DNA of 64,000 bases from NCBI GenBank assembly GCA_964019335.1, contig OZ025729.1:1-64000 (forward strand). The letters are read 5' to 3'. The first letter of the stretch is position 1. Every line of letters starts with the position of its first letter. The notes beneath the pieces are model-generated. The model did no database searches. It worked only from the letters and a program-made list of their open reading frames with translations, and was not told the DNA's origin. Source of the stretch: Diplonema japonicum (Eukaryota > Protista > Euglenozoa: Diplonemea). Below, one piece after another: positions 45,636 to 56,445 of this stretch. The position numbers and the translations under genes were made by a program.

Positions 45636-46780
45636 CTATCGCCGGAAAGAATAATGAAAATAACGGAACGAAGTGAAGTAGGAAAAGAGAAAAGACGGCC
45701 TGGTCGCCAGGAAGTGCTGGTTCAGATGCATCGGCGGACGCAGTTTAACGTCATACCCGGGACCTAGGTAGGGGGTGGTTTGGCTCGAGGAGAAGAGTGG
45801 TCTCCTGTCATAGCCGTGTGCCGTCGGGCCCCCAAGATGTTGAAGGGTATGCACCCTTGACTTGGCCTTGGCGGGGAAGGCTGACCTTCCACAGCGTGCT
45901 GAGTATTTCTGGATGCGACCCACGATGTATCGCATCCTTGCAGCCTTCTCCGTGAGCAGGTCTTGATCGTCGAGGGGACCTATGAGTGACCGGCGGGTGG
46001 TCTGCTCATAGTCTGAGAAAATGTTTCTGTACTTTATTGTGAACAACAAAGACATATAGTCATTAAGAAAAAAGAATTCATATTGTCCCTTTCACCACTT
46101 TGCCTCAGCAATGCCGACCACAAAGAATGTGTGAGATCGACATTCTTTTTTTTTAAACTAAATACTGTAAATGAAAAATTACTGGAAAGAAAAAGATCCG
46201 GACTTCGAGGCTTCCAGTGATTTTCCCCTCCGTTATTACTCTTTATTCTTATTCCCTCTCGCAACCAGGGGCGAAGGGAAGATAATAATAACCTCAGCTT
46301 GCTAATTTCTAACGGGTGCCTTCTCACCTTTTGGGATCATTTATTTATTCTCTTCTCTTCCTGAAGATGTCGCTCCCTTCCTCTTCCTCTTCCTTTTCCA
46401 CATGCACCGTGTCTCTTTGTGTGAGGATCTGTGGTACTTGACAGACTCTCACCAATCGTCTTAGTGGCTCCATTTCCAGGGTGATTGTGACTACTGCTCT
46501 GTGCAATGGAACACACATGTCCTCTGTTCTGCATTCTTTCAGTGTGGTCACAGTGGCACTATTGAGTAGGATTTAGTCGGGTCTCGTTGATGCTGTACTA
46601 GTTATGTATGACGGTGGTGCCTCCAGCCCCTCCTTTCATGCTTGCATTGCTGCTGCATCGATCCAGTGGCTCTGGAGGGTGGTCTTCCTACTGGCGACTC
46701 GGCTACCATGGTGTTGAAGTCACCCGCCACGATGATTCATATGTCCCCAAGGAGAGCCCTGGCCTAGAGTAAACCAGCAG
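45636..46780 (-). mobile_element. Degenerate non-LTR retrotransposon remnants (APE endonuclease fragment and a possible post-RT fragment)
   Basis: IIVAGDFNT at about 46710-46738, followed by TRPD*ILL and HRAVVTI resembling APE motifs. The GC-rich fragment at 45636-46020 is less certain. Confidence 0.55.
46023..46039 (+). other. SL 3' fragment (retroposed SL relic)
   Basis: GTTTCTGTACTTTATTG, the last 17 nt of the SL, ending exactly at the splice junction and followed by tgaacaacaaagacata. Confidence 0.7.
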
Positions 46781-46795
46781 CATACCCCACCTTCG

Positions 46796-46879
46796 TCAGG
46801 CTCCCCACCGTCTCCTTCCCTGGCACTTCCACATCGTGAACCTGCCTCCCATCTTCACGAACACTGTCATATCGTTCAT
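46796..46879 (-). pseudogene. Truncated Ubl-LRR family start
   Basis: MTVFVKMGG, then after a frameshift HDVEVPGKETVGSL, matching the start of gene C. It is cut off next to the retroelement remnant. Confidence 0.7.
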
Positions 46880-47333
46880 TTTTTTTCTTTCTTGTGCTTC
46901 TGTTCTGTTTCCCTTACAAAACGAAGAAATATAAAGGAAAGTGAATCGAGACAAATGATAGCTGGCTCCATGCACCTCTTTCTCACTCCTCATTTTTTTT
47001 TTTTTTTAAACGCCTGAGTACTCATAACCGTACTGGTGTTCTCATTCCACCAGCTTTGTGGTTATTTGGCACTTTACACTTTTTCTTTTTTTATTCATCT
47101 TTTTGCCCCCCTCCCTAGTGTTTTTGGCTGGGGACCCCATAAATAGCCAGACCTCAGTACCCTTTCTTTTTTCTTTAATCACATAACAAGGGTGGGGAAA
47201 AGTTTGTTTGGAGGGGTCTTTTTTTTTTTTTTCACACTGCTGCATCTGCCTGACTTCCGGCGGGTTGCTCGGGTTGTTGTGGTAGGGGTGTCTCTATAAG
47301 AACACCATCGCTTCTTTGGGGATCCTCATGGTT

Positions 47334-49271
47334 TTACTTTGTTAAGAAGCTCCCCAGGATGTGGTTTTTGGGAAGTGATGAAGCCGTGATGTTTTGCAAT
47401 CTCGGGCACTTAGACAGAAAGTCATCACCAATTGAGGTAACGTTGGTGAAGGCTCCCAAATCCACGGCTTGCAATCCAGAGCATGAATACAGGAAGCCAC
47501 AGCCAATGGTGGTAACGTTGGTGAAGGATGTCAAATCCACAGTTTGCAGTCCAGAGCATAAATACAAGAAGTCATCGCCAATGGTGGTGACGTTGGTGAA
47601 GGCGGTCAAATCCACGGTTTGCAATCCATTAGTATGTGCTCTTTTCCTTTTCAATCGATTGCTATATACGGTTTGCAATCCAGAACATAAAGACAGGAAG
47701 CCACAACCTATGGTGGTAACGTTGGTGAAGGCTCTCAAATCCACGGCTTGCAATCCAGAGCATGAATACAAGAAGCCATTGCTAATTGAGGTAACGTTGG
47801 TGAAGGCTGTCAAATCCACGGCTTGCAATCTAGAGCAGCAATGCAGGAAGCGATTGCCAATTGAGGTAACGTTGGTGAAGACTGTCAAATCTACGGTTTG
47901 CAAACCAGAGCATGAAGACAGGAAGTCATCGCCAATTGAGGTAACGTTGGTGAAGGCTGTCAAATCCACGGTTTGCAATCCAGAGCATAGAGACAGGAAG
48001 TAATCGCCAATTGAGGTAACGTTGGTGAAGGCTCTCAAATCCACGGTTTGCAATTCAGAACATGAAGACAAGAAGCCATGGCCTATGGTGGTGACGTTGG
48101 TGAAGGCTGTCAAATCCACAGTTTGCAATCCAGAGCATTGAGATAGGAAGCGATTGCCAATTGAGGTAACGTTGGTGAAGACTGTCAAATCCACGGTTTG
48201 CAAACCAGAGCATGAAGACAGGAAGCCATTGCCAATTGAGGTAACGTTGGTGAAGGCTGTCAAATCCACAGTTTGCAATCCAGAACATGAAGACAGGAAG
48301 TGATCGCCAATTGAGGTAACGTTGGTGAAGACTGTCAAATCCACGGTTTGTAATCCAGAGCATGAAGACAGGAAGCCACGGCCTATGGTGGTGACGTTGG
48401 TGAAGGCTCTGAAATCCACGGTTTGCAATCCAGAGCATGAATACAGGAAGCGATTGCCAATTGAGGTAACATTGGTGAAGACTCTCAAATCCACAGTTTG
48501 CAATTCAGAGCATGAAGACAAGAAGCCACGGCCTATGGTGGTGACGTTGGTGAAGGCTGTCAAATCCACAGTTTGCAAACCAGAGCATGAAGACAGGAAG
48601 CGATCGCCAATGGTGGCAACGTTGGTGAAGACTGTCAAATCCACGGTTTGCAACATTGACTGTGACAGGAAGCCATCGCCGATAGAAGTAACATTGTTAA
48701 GGAAACTCGCATCCCCGAAGCTGATGGACGATGAGCCAAGGAGGCTAAGGAAGTTGTCACCAATGGTGTTGAGCCCCAACTTCAAATCGAGAGACTCCAG
48801 GGTGTCAAGCCGGGAAATGCTACCACGAAGAAAATTATCACCAATGTCCCTGACGCGGTTTGCAGAGTCGGTGACAACAAGGCTCCGAAGTCCAGAAGGG
48901 AGGTCCACCTGCCCAATGCACACCGCCTTGTCTGTCGAATCTCCCACATCGACTTCAAGAACCAGCTCAGGGTCTGCCACCACAAGCCTTTCAAGCTCCA
49001 GTTTCGCTTCAGGACTCTCCTTCAGCTCAGTCAGCCCTACCACTGTGCCAGGAACCACATCGACAACAGCCCCCTCCACAAGCTCGATCCCCTGAACATC
49101 TTCATCCCCAAACCTGCTCAGCACCTTTCCCTCCCAAACCAGTTTGAACATCCTTTCAAGCAAACCAGCAGCACACACCGCTTTCCTGTACAGGCTTCCT
49201 ACTGTCTCTGTCCCAGCCACCTCCACATCGTGAACCCCTGCTTTCGTCTTCACAAACACTGTGATGCTCAT
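47334..49271 (-). CDS. Ubl-LRR family protein C with 17 near-identical 25-aa LRRs
   Basis: 645 aa. N-terminal Ubl, then a 75-bp tandem array encoding LQTVDLTAFTNVTSIGxxFLxxCSG. Confidence 0.93.
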   Translation of the reverse strand: MSITVFVKTKAGVHDVEVAGTETVGSLYRKAVCAAGLLERMFKLVWEGKVLSRFGDEDVQGIELVEGAVVDVVPGTVVGLTELKESPEAKLELERLVVADPELVLEVDVGDSTDKAVCIGQVDLPSGLRSLVVTDSANRVRDIGDNFLRGSISRLDTLESLDLKLGLNTIGDNFLSLLGSSSISFGDASFLNNVTSIGDGFLSQSMLQTVDLTVFTNVATIGDRFLSSCSGLQTVDLTAFTNVTTIGRGFLSSCSELQTVDLRVFTNVTSIGNRFLYSCSGLQTVDFRAFTNVTTIGRGFLSSCSGLQTVDLTVFTNVTSIGDHFLSSCSGLQTVDLTAFTNVTSIGNGFLSSCSGLQTVDLTVFTNVTSIGNRFLSQCSGLQTVDLTAFTNVTTIGHGFLSSCSELQTVDLRAFTNVTSIGDYFLSLCSGLQTVDLTAFTNVTSIGDDFLSSCSGLQTVDLTVFTNVTSIGNRFLHCCSRLQAVDLTAFTNVTSISNGFLYSCSGLQAVDLRAFTNVTTIGCGFLSLCSGLQTVYSNRLKRKRAHTNGLQTVDLTAFTNVTTIGDDFLYLCSGLQTVDLTSFTNVTTIGCGFLYSCSGLQAVDLGAFTNVTSIGDDFLSKCPRLQNITASSLPKNHILGSFLTK

Positions 49272-49395
49272 TTTATTTTCTTCTGCTCTTATTTATATCC
49301 TCCCAATCCCCCTGAGCACGAAATTCTATTGAAGAATACCTTTTTCTTTTTTTTTTTTTTTTTTTTTTTTTTTGGTATACTATTTGTTGAAATAC

Positions 49396-49497
49396 AAGGT
49401 TGCCCTCCAATGCATTTATGTGCAAAAGCGACACAGACATGAGCTTGTTGGGGTCGATGCCAAGTGCCAGTAGCTCATTCAGTCCTTCGCACTCCTT
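49396..49497 (-). repeat. Duplicated fragment of the ankyrin pseudogene
   Basis: aaggttgccctccaatgc.tttatgtgcaaaagcgacacagacatgagcttgttgggg matches about 44853-44950. Confidence 0.9.
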
Positions 49498-50009
49498 ATC
49501 GGCCAGACTGACCAGACTGACCAGACTCGAAAATTTTCTGCAATTTTTGACACACCTGCAAACACTTTTTTTTCAAATATTTTTGGACAATGATTTTTTT
49601 TTTTTTTTTTTTTTTTTTTCTTCTTCTTCTTCTTCTTCTTTGTACCAGACATGCACAGCTACTCTGGTGCACTGCAGCTGCAGGTATGTACATATGTCTG
49701 GAAATGTTGTATTTGGATGTAACCCGGCTGTGGTGATCAACGTGGAATGCAGAAGAAGCTACAACCCAGCCGCGGTGAGAGATATATGAGTTAAAGGACC
49801 TGCACAAGACTACTTGATTACAGGGGGTACACCACAGCCGAGTTGTAGCTTCTTCTGCGGTCTGTGTTGTTTCCATAATCACTGTGGCCAAGCTGTAGCT
49901 TCTTCTGTGTTCCATGTCATGTCCTTAATGTGTGCAGTGTTCAGCTCAACCCCATCCAGGGCATCCCAGGTAACCAGATTCTGCTCAAAAAAAGGTAAGG
50001 AATTCCTTA

Positions 50010-50043
<34 letters not shown>

Positions 50044-51013
50044 CCTATTGTCCTTAATCACCACAGCCGGGTTGTAGCTTCTTCTGCATTCTGTGTTGTG
50101 TCCTTAATGTGTGCAGTGTTCAGCTCAACCCCAGCCAGGGCATCCCAGGTAACCAAGATTCTGCTCATGCAGGGGTGGGTCGTTTTGTTCCCTTCCACCA
50201 AACTGAATAGTCGGAACTTGGTGGAACGGCAGAACTGGAACTTGGCAGACAGGGCTCTAACCTATTTTTTTTTTTTTTTCTTTTTTTTTTTCCCCTTTTT
50301 TTTTTTTTTCTTTTTTTTTCCTCTTTGCATCATCAAGGTTGAAAGTGGTGACTATATCACCACAACACTGACAGCACAATATTCCATGTCGTGTCCTTAA
50401 TGTGCAGTGTGCAGCTCAACACCAGAGCATCTGCAATACGTTCCTCCACTCAGGTGCTACCAGTGATGACCAATGTGGAGGTCAACCACGAACAACACAT
50501 CTGATGTACTTCTTATATTTCCATGTTATCCCCACCACCTGAAAAAGGAAAGTAAACTCTTCACACTCACCATTGAAAGGATGGCTTCAAGACAGATATT
50601 GAAGATGTAGAGGGCATGTGCAGGATAGGTGTAGGAACAGACCATGGAAAAAACACACATCATGTAAAGATGTGCTTGGCTTGTCTGCCAACTGCTCCTC
50701 AGTCAGGACCCACTCCACCCTCCAGGGGAGACCACCAAGCAATGTCACAATGTCATCAACTACATTGTTAAAGATAAAACCTGTTGCCTTCCTATCCCTG
50801 AGGGTGAAAAAGACCAGCATTGGGTCTGTCTTCATCACCACTGCTTTGCCTCTCTCCCTCATCTCTACCCATCTGCACATAACTCTCAAACAAGCATAGG
50901 CCTCCAAAACGTGAATTGGCTCACCCTGCTGTGTCCACTTGAACTGGCCAACCTCACCACAGTCGACTGCAGAATGAAGGCCCCTCCCTTCATTGAGGCA
51001 TCACTCCACAGGG

Positions 51014-52121
51014 CAGTGTTGGTCAGTCCCATCCCATCCCCTAAAACGGAATACGGGCCTGGATGGGACTCACAGGACTCCACGGGACGGGACTCGACAG
51101 GACTCACGGGACTCACAGGACTCATGGGACTCTCCCCAACACTGTCATTATTTTTGATAGTTTTGCAACTTTTTTTTTTTTTTTTTTTTTTTTCCCTTTG
51201 GAAAATGGGGAAAAAAAAAAGAGAAAAAAATCCTTGATTTTTTTTGACATACATAATGTGTTTACCTTTTTTTTTTTTTCCTTCTTTTTTTTCTTGTCTT
51301 CTCACATTTTTTCACACACCTAAGCCAAGCTGTTGTTTCTGCTTTCTGCATCAAATGTTGTATTTTGATGTAATAGAAAAGGGGGGAAATAATAAATAAT
51401 ATGTACAAGAGGAGGGTATGTTTATACAACCTGTGTAAACAGATTGGTTCCTTGCTTTCAGCACCATGCCCCTAATGTGCAATGTACAGCTCAACCCCTG
51501 CATTGCACTGCCTGTTTGTTGCACAAATTTTCATGTTATCCCCCCCCCCCCTACCTGAAAATAATAGAAAGGAGATAAATATATGAGTTAAAGGAGGCCG
51601 GTGTTGGCAGCACCCTGCACAAGAACTGTCTACTTGATTACAGGGGGTGCACCACAGCTGAGTTGTAGCTTCTTCTGCGTTCTGCATCGTTTCCTTAATC
51701 ACCATGGCCAGGATGTAGCTTCTTCTGCATTCTACATCATGCCCTTAATCACTGCAGCCAGGTTGTAACTTCTTGCATTCCGTGTCATTTCCTTAACCAC
51801 CACAGCCGGGTTGTAGCTTCTTCTGTGTTCTGCGTTGTGTCCTTGATCACCACAGCCGAGTTGTAGCTTTTTGTGTTCTGTGTCATTTCCTTAATCACAA
51901 TGGCCAGACAGCCAGGTTGTAGCCTCTTCTGCATTCCATGTCGTGTCCTTAATGTGTGTGGTGTTCAGCTCAACCCCAGCCAGGGTGCCCCAGGTAACTA
52001 AGATTCTGCACTTGTGTGGTTTGCTCAGTGATGACAGATAAGGAGGTCAACAGTGAACAACACATCTGATGTTTTTCTTATATTTTCATGTTATCCCCAC
52101 CACCTGAAAAAGAAGATAAAA

Positions 52122-52171
<50 letters not shown>

Positions 52172-52571
52172 AACAGTCAGCACCCCTATGCACACTGAAA
52201 TTTTATTGTTTTTTTTTTCCTTTTTTTTTTTCCTTTTGTATATTGTGCACCAGGAGGTGCATTGTGACACCTGCTTTTCCCTGTGCAGCATAGTGGTACA
52301 TGTTATAAAACATGTGCTGTGTTGTGCACCCTGTGTTGCATACATCATGTGTGTCGAAAATTTGCAGTGTTGGGGTGGTTTGTAGGCCAACACTGCCCAT
52401 CCCTTTTTTTACTTTTTTTTTTTTGCATTGTACTTTTCTTGCAAAGGCCTCTTTTTAATATTTTTTTCAAAGCAGTCCCCTAAGTCCCCTCCAGACCCCT
52501 GAAAATTTCAGGGGACTCCTGTCCTGTCCCTTGGAGTCCCCTGAGTCCCTTGAGGGTCTGGACCAACACTG
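51014..52571. mobile_element. Non-autonomous DNA transposon with CAGTGTTGGTC TIRs and a 7-bp TSD, inserted at the RT/RNase H junction
   Basis: cagtgttggtc (51014) and gaccaacactg (52561-52571), with cacaggg on both sides. Excision restores EFEWEETLWSDASMK in frame. Confidence 0.88.
51650..51955. repeat. Tandem array of about 50-bp units (R1 subunit)
   Basis: cacagcc(g/a)ggttgtagcttcttctg..ttc....t..tccttaatcac, about 6 copies. Confidence 0.85.
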
Positions 52572-54352
52572 CACAGGGTCTCTTCCCATTCAAACTCTAC
52601 CTGCCTGACATCCACTGGGCTGTTTTCCACAATTGCAGCAATGACCCACTGCACATCCTTCATTGCTGCAGCCCACCATGTCACCCTGCTCTCCCAGCTT
52701 TCTTCACCACTACCTAGCTTCCTTGTATGCCTTGAGATCCACTGTTTCATGTGAATCACCTTCAAATGACTGATGTCAAGGGCCCTCATACCCCACATGA
52801 TGGCCCCTAGCACCTTCCATGTGGCCCTCAGTGTAAATTTTGTTGGTGCCATGAGGAACAATGCTGCTGCATCTGTAAACTTGCTTACCCATGACTGCTT
52901 CAGCAACACCAGCTTCTCCTTCAGGTCCAGCTGCCTCCCTCTGCTTTGGACAATGGTCTTCTTCCTTGAAAACAGCACCACAATGTACAGCTGTCTGCTT
53001 CAGCACACTAACCAGGCCAGCCACATCCTCCTTCTGTTCTGCATACAGGACAAAGTTGTCAATAAAACAAGTGCACCAGCCTTCATCCTTCGTGCCCTCA
53101 CACAAGCCTCACTTGCCAACAATGCTGCCACACTCTGTGCCACCCACACACTCCATGACCAGCCCATTGCCAGCACAACCAACCAGTACCATCCTGCAAC
53201 TGTACACAATGCAAAATACTCACAGAGGGGCCAAGCTCCAATCTGGTAGAACCATGATTTCCCATCCAGCTGCACAACATACTCGTTTTTCCTAAAGTAA
53301 TTCTCAATTACTCAGGGAGTACCACCTTGAAGAACAGGTGCGAGAAAGGGTCAAGGGAGGACCAGAAAGCTTTTTCTTTCATCCCTCTCTGCTTTTGTTT
53401 TACTTTTTATTCATACTTTAAAGGGGAAAGGGAAACTCAGTTGCACCCCATAACCCACAGGCACCTTCTGAAGCAGTCCCAGGTATAGGTACTCACCACC
53501 ATCTCCTTCACATCAGCAACAGATGACAGATCAACTGATGGAGGGTCCCTCTGTGCATTGCCCACCAGCAATGTATCCACCACCAGCCTCCTCTTCCCAC
53601 TTGGCTTTGGAACTGTGAACACTTTCACCATGTTTTTCACCTTCTCATCTGACCATCCCTTCTTCTCCAGCACACCTGCCTCCTCCAGCTGCCGACTTCT
53701 TTCCTGGCACCCCTACTGGCCAGAAATCTTCATGAGTGGGTAGAAACATGAGGAACAATGGCCTTCATTGCTGCCATGAACTTGGCATACTTCAGCACCA
53801 CAAACATCTTTCTCCCCTTCACAGCTTCCACATGCTCCAGCACCTTGTCCTTCCACTCTGCAGTCACCTCAACCTCCTCTTCTGTCTTCTTCTTGCCACA
53901 ATTGGTCTTGCCTACCTTGACAGTGAACCTTAACCTTAGGGACGTCACTGTGTTCTTGACCACAACAATCTGCCAGCTGTAGGACATCTGAGAAGCACAG
54001 TGCCATCAACCACATCTGTGCATCCAGCCCCCTGACCAGGCTCTTCACCTCCAGCATCATCAGCACCTTTGCTTGTGTCTGTGGCTGCCTTGCCCCTTGG
54101 CACTCCATTGAGTCAATGTACCACCTTAGGCCCTGTAGCTTCTCTTCCTTGCTGAACAATGCCACTGCTGAGGTTATGGAACGAGCATATCCAGCCCTTG
54201 CTTTTTTTTTTTTTTTTTAAATAAACCTCTTTTTTTTTTGGCTGGCCAAGCCCTCTCCTTTCTTTTTCTCCCTCCCTGGCCTCTGATCAACCCCAGGAAC
54301 CATGAGCCTCCTTGTGTAGAGGAGGGTGCTGACCAGGTGGTCAATCTCCAGA

Positions 54353-56445
54353 CAGTGTTGTTATGGGAAAAAACCCAGGGGGGTGGGGGGGCAAAAAAAA
54401 TTTTTTTTTCTAGGGACCCTCACTCATTTAGCACCCTCAAAACAGACTTTTTTGGAAATTTTTAGCCAAAAAAAAAATTTTTTTTTCCCAGGGGACCCCA
54501 AACTTGGGGTCATTTTTGACCCCAAAATTTTTTTTCTGGAAAAAGCCAAAAATCATGAAATTTATATTAAAAACACCTTAAAAACCCATTTCTGCAAACC
54601 AAAAAGTTCAGAAAGGTGTTTAGGTGGAATACACATCTCTAAACTATATTCTGAAGTAAAAAGTAAGTAAAAATCCAAAAGTTTCAGGGGGGTAACTCAT
54701 TCTCATAACAATGGGAGGGCAAAAAATAATTTTTTTTTTTTTGAACACCCAATTTGGTCCTGAAAATGGAATTCTGAACAGCCAATAGAAAGTTTTGACC
54801 CCACTTGGACTAAAAAAAATCTTTCAAAAATCACTTCAGGAATTTTCCTTAGGGTCTAAATGGCCACCTGAAAATCACAAAATCAAGCTTCATTTTAGAA
54901 TGGTATTTTTGGAATTTTGGCCTAATTTTGGGTGATGATAAGCAAAATGCTCCTTGAAGTAGGTTTCCCAGCTGTGGTTACCTAATTGAATTTTTTTTTT
55001 CTTCAAGGAATCAACTTTGTTCTGAAAATTTAAGATTTATATCATTCTAGCACCTTGTAACTCACTTTTCAGGAAACACACAATTTCACACATTTGAATT
55101 TATTCTTTAGTTTTTTTCTGAACCTATTTAATTTTTAAACCTAATAAAGAATGTGTAAATCTCCTAATCAAGATTTTTTAGTACCAGTGTTGCCAAAATG
55201 GGTTGGAAATTAAAGTACCCAGCTGTGGTTACTTAATCAAAAAAGAATTTAATAGTCCATTTAACCATGTATTCAAACCTTTTACCCTTACTTGGTTTTT
55301 TTTGTGGAATTTATTTCATTTTTTCGGTTCTTTGCCAGCAATAGCAGTCTTTCCTCTTGGCTGCAATCTCCTTCACCTCCAGTACTTTGCCAACAATAGC
55401 AAAGTGTGTCAGTGTGGCACCTTCTTCACCTCAATCCTAGGACCTTTCAACCCAATATTGCCAGCCATGCCCCCTTTCCACCCAAGGTAGGCTATCAGGT
55501 AGTCTTTTCTGACAGATTTGCTGGTTCTATTGGGGTGTCTTATTGGGTTAGGTTATTTTTTAAAACAACCTGCCAATAAAGTACAGCAAAAACAGGGGGG
55601 GAAATACAAAGAATGAGAAAGGTAAGTTATAAAGGAAAGAAAAATGACAGATGGACCATTACTAGGCCAAGTACAGGTGCCCTTTGTGAAAAAAATCTTA
55701 TTTTCTGAGGTAAAATATCACTTTTCAGGTGTTTTTGACAATTTCTTTTGTGAGGAAAAAAATTCTTTGGGCACTTTTTTTTTGACACATGACCATCTCA
55801 CTTTCACTATTAGCCTCATTGAGGTCTAGAATAGGTATTTTTGAGGGAAAAAAAATTTCTTTTTGAGAAAAAATCAATCTAAGGGTGTTTTTGGCCACTT
55901 TTTTTGGGAGGAAAAACAATTTTTTTGGACACTATTTTTTTTTTTTTTTTCCAGCACTGCACCCAATAAAGTACAGTAAAAAAAAAGGGGGGTAAATACA
56001 AAGAATGAGAAGGGTAAGTCATAAAGGAGAGAAAACCAACAGATAGACCATTACTAGGCCTGATATAGGTACCCTTATGGAAAAAAATCAATTTTTCTGA
56101 GGTAAAAAACCACTTTTCAGGTGTTTTTGACCACTTGTTCATGTGAAAAATAATTTTTTTTGGGCACCTTTTTTTTTTGACCCCCAAACTTCTCACTTTC
56201 ACCCCACTTCACTAAAAGCCTCTATTAAGGCCTAGGATAGGTACTTTTGAGAAAAAAAAATTTTTTTTTTGAAAAAAAATCAATTTTTGGGTGTCTTTGA
56301 CAACTTTTTTTGGGTGGAAAAAAATTTTTTTTGGACACTATAAAAAAAATTTTTTTTGCCCCCCCCACCCCCCACCCCCCTGGATTTGCCCCCCCATGCC
56401 CCCCTGAAAATCTTGGGGGGGCAACCCATTCTTGTAACAACACTG
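54353..56445. mobile_element. Second CAGTG-terminated non-autonomous DNA transposon, AT-rich with phased A/T tracts
   Basis: Ends cagtgttgttatggga and tcttgtaacaacactg, with inverted subterminal ggggtggggggg-caaaaaaaa blocks. No TSD visible. Confidence 0.7.

Larger units (their letters stand above)
50587..54352 (-). mobile_element. Degenerate tyrosine-recombinase retrotransposon of VIPER/TATE-like organisation (YR-RT-RNase H)
   Basis: In minus-strand order: YR-like (VKVGKT, THS*R), RT (VFTVPKPSGKRRLVVD, LDGKSWFYQI, LAMGWSWS, FIDN), RNase H (WSDAS, EAYA, KTD, EQLADKPS). Confidence 0.8.

Noticed and set aside
47400-48700. Diversity-generating retroelement explanation for the NRT-NRC codons (they resemble mutated AAT-AAC)
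   Set aside because: No template repeat is visible, other adenines in the unit (ACC AAC, CAA ACC) are essentially invariant, and the nearby RTs are CRE and VIPER types rather than DGR RTs.
51650-51955. CRISPR-like appearance of the 50-bp and 75-bp arrays
   Set aside because: The units are contiguous tandem copies without unique spacers, there are no cas genes, and the context is eukaryotic.
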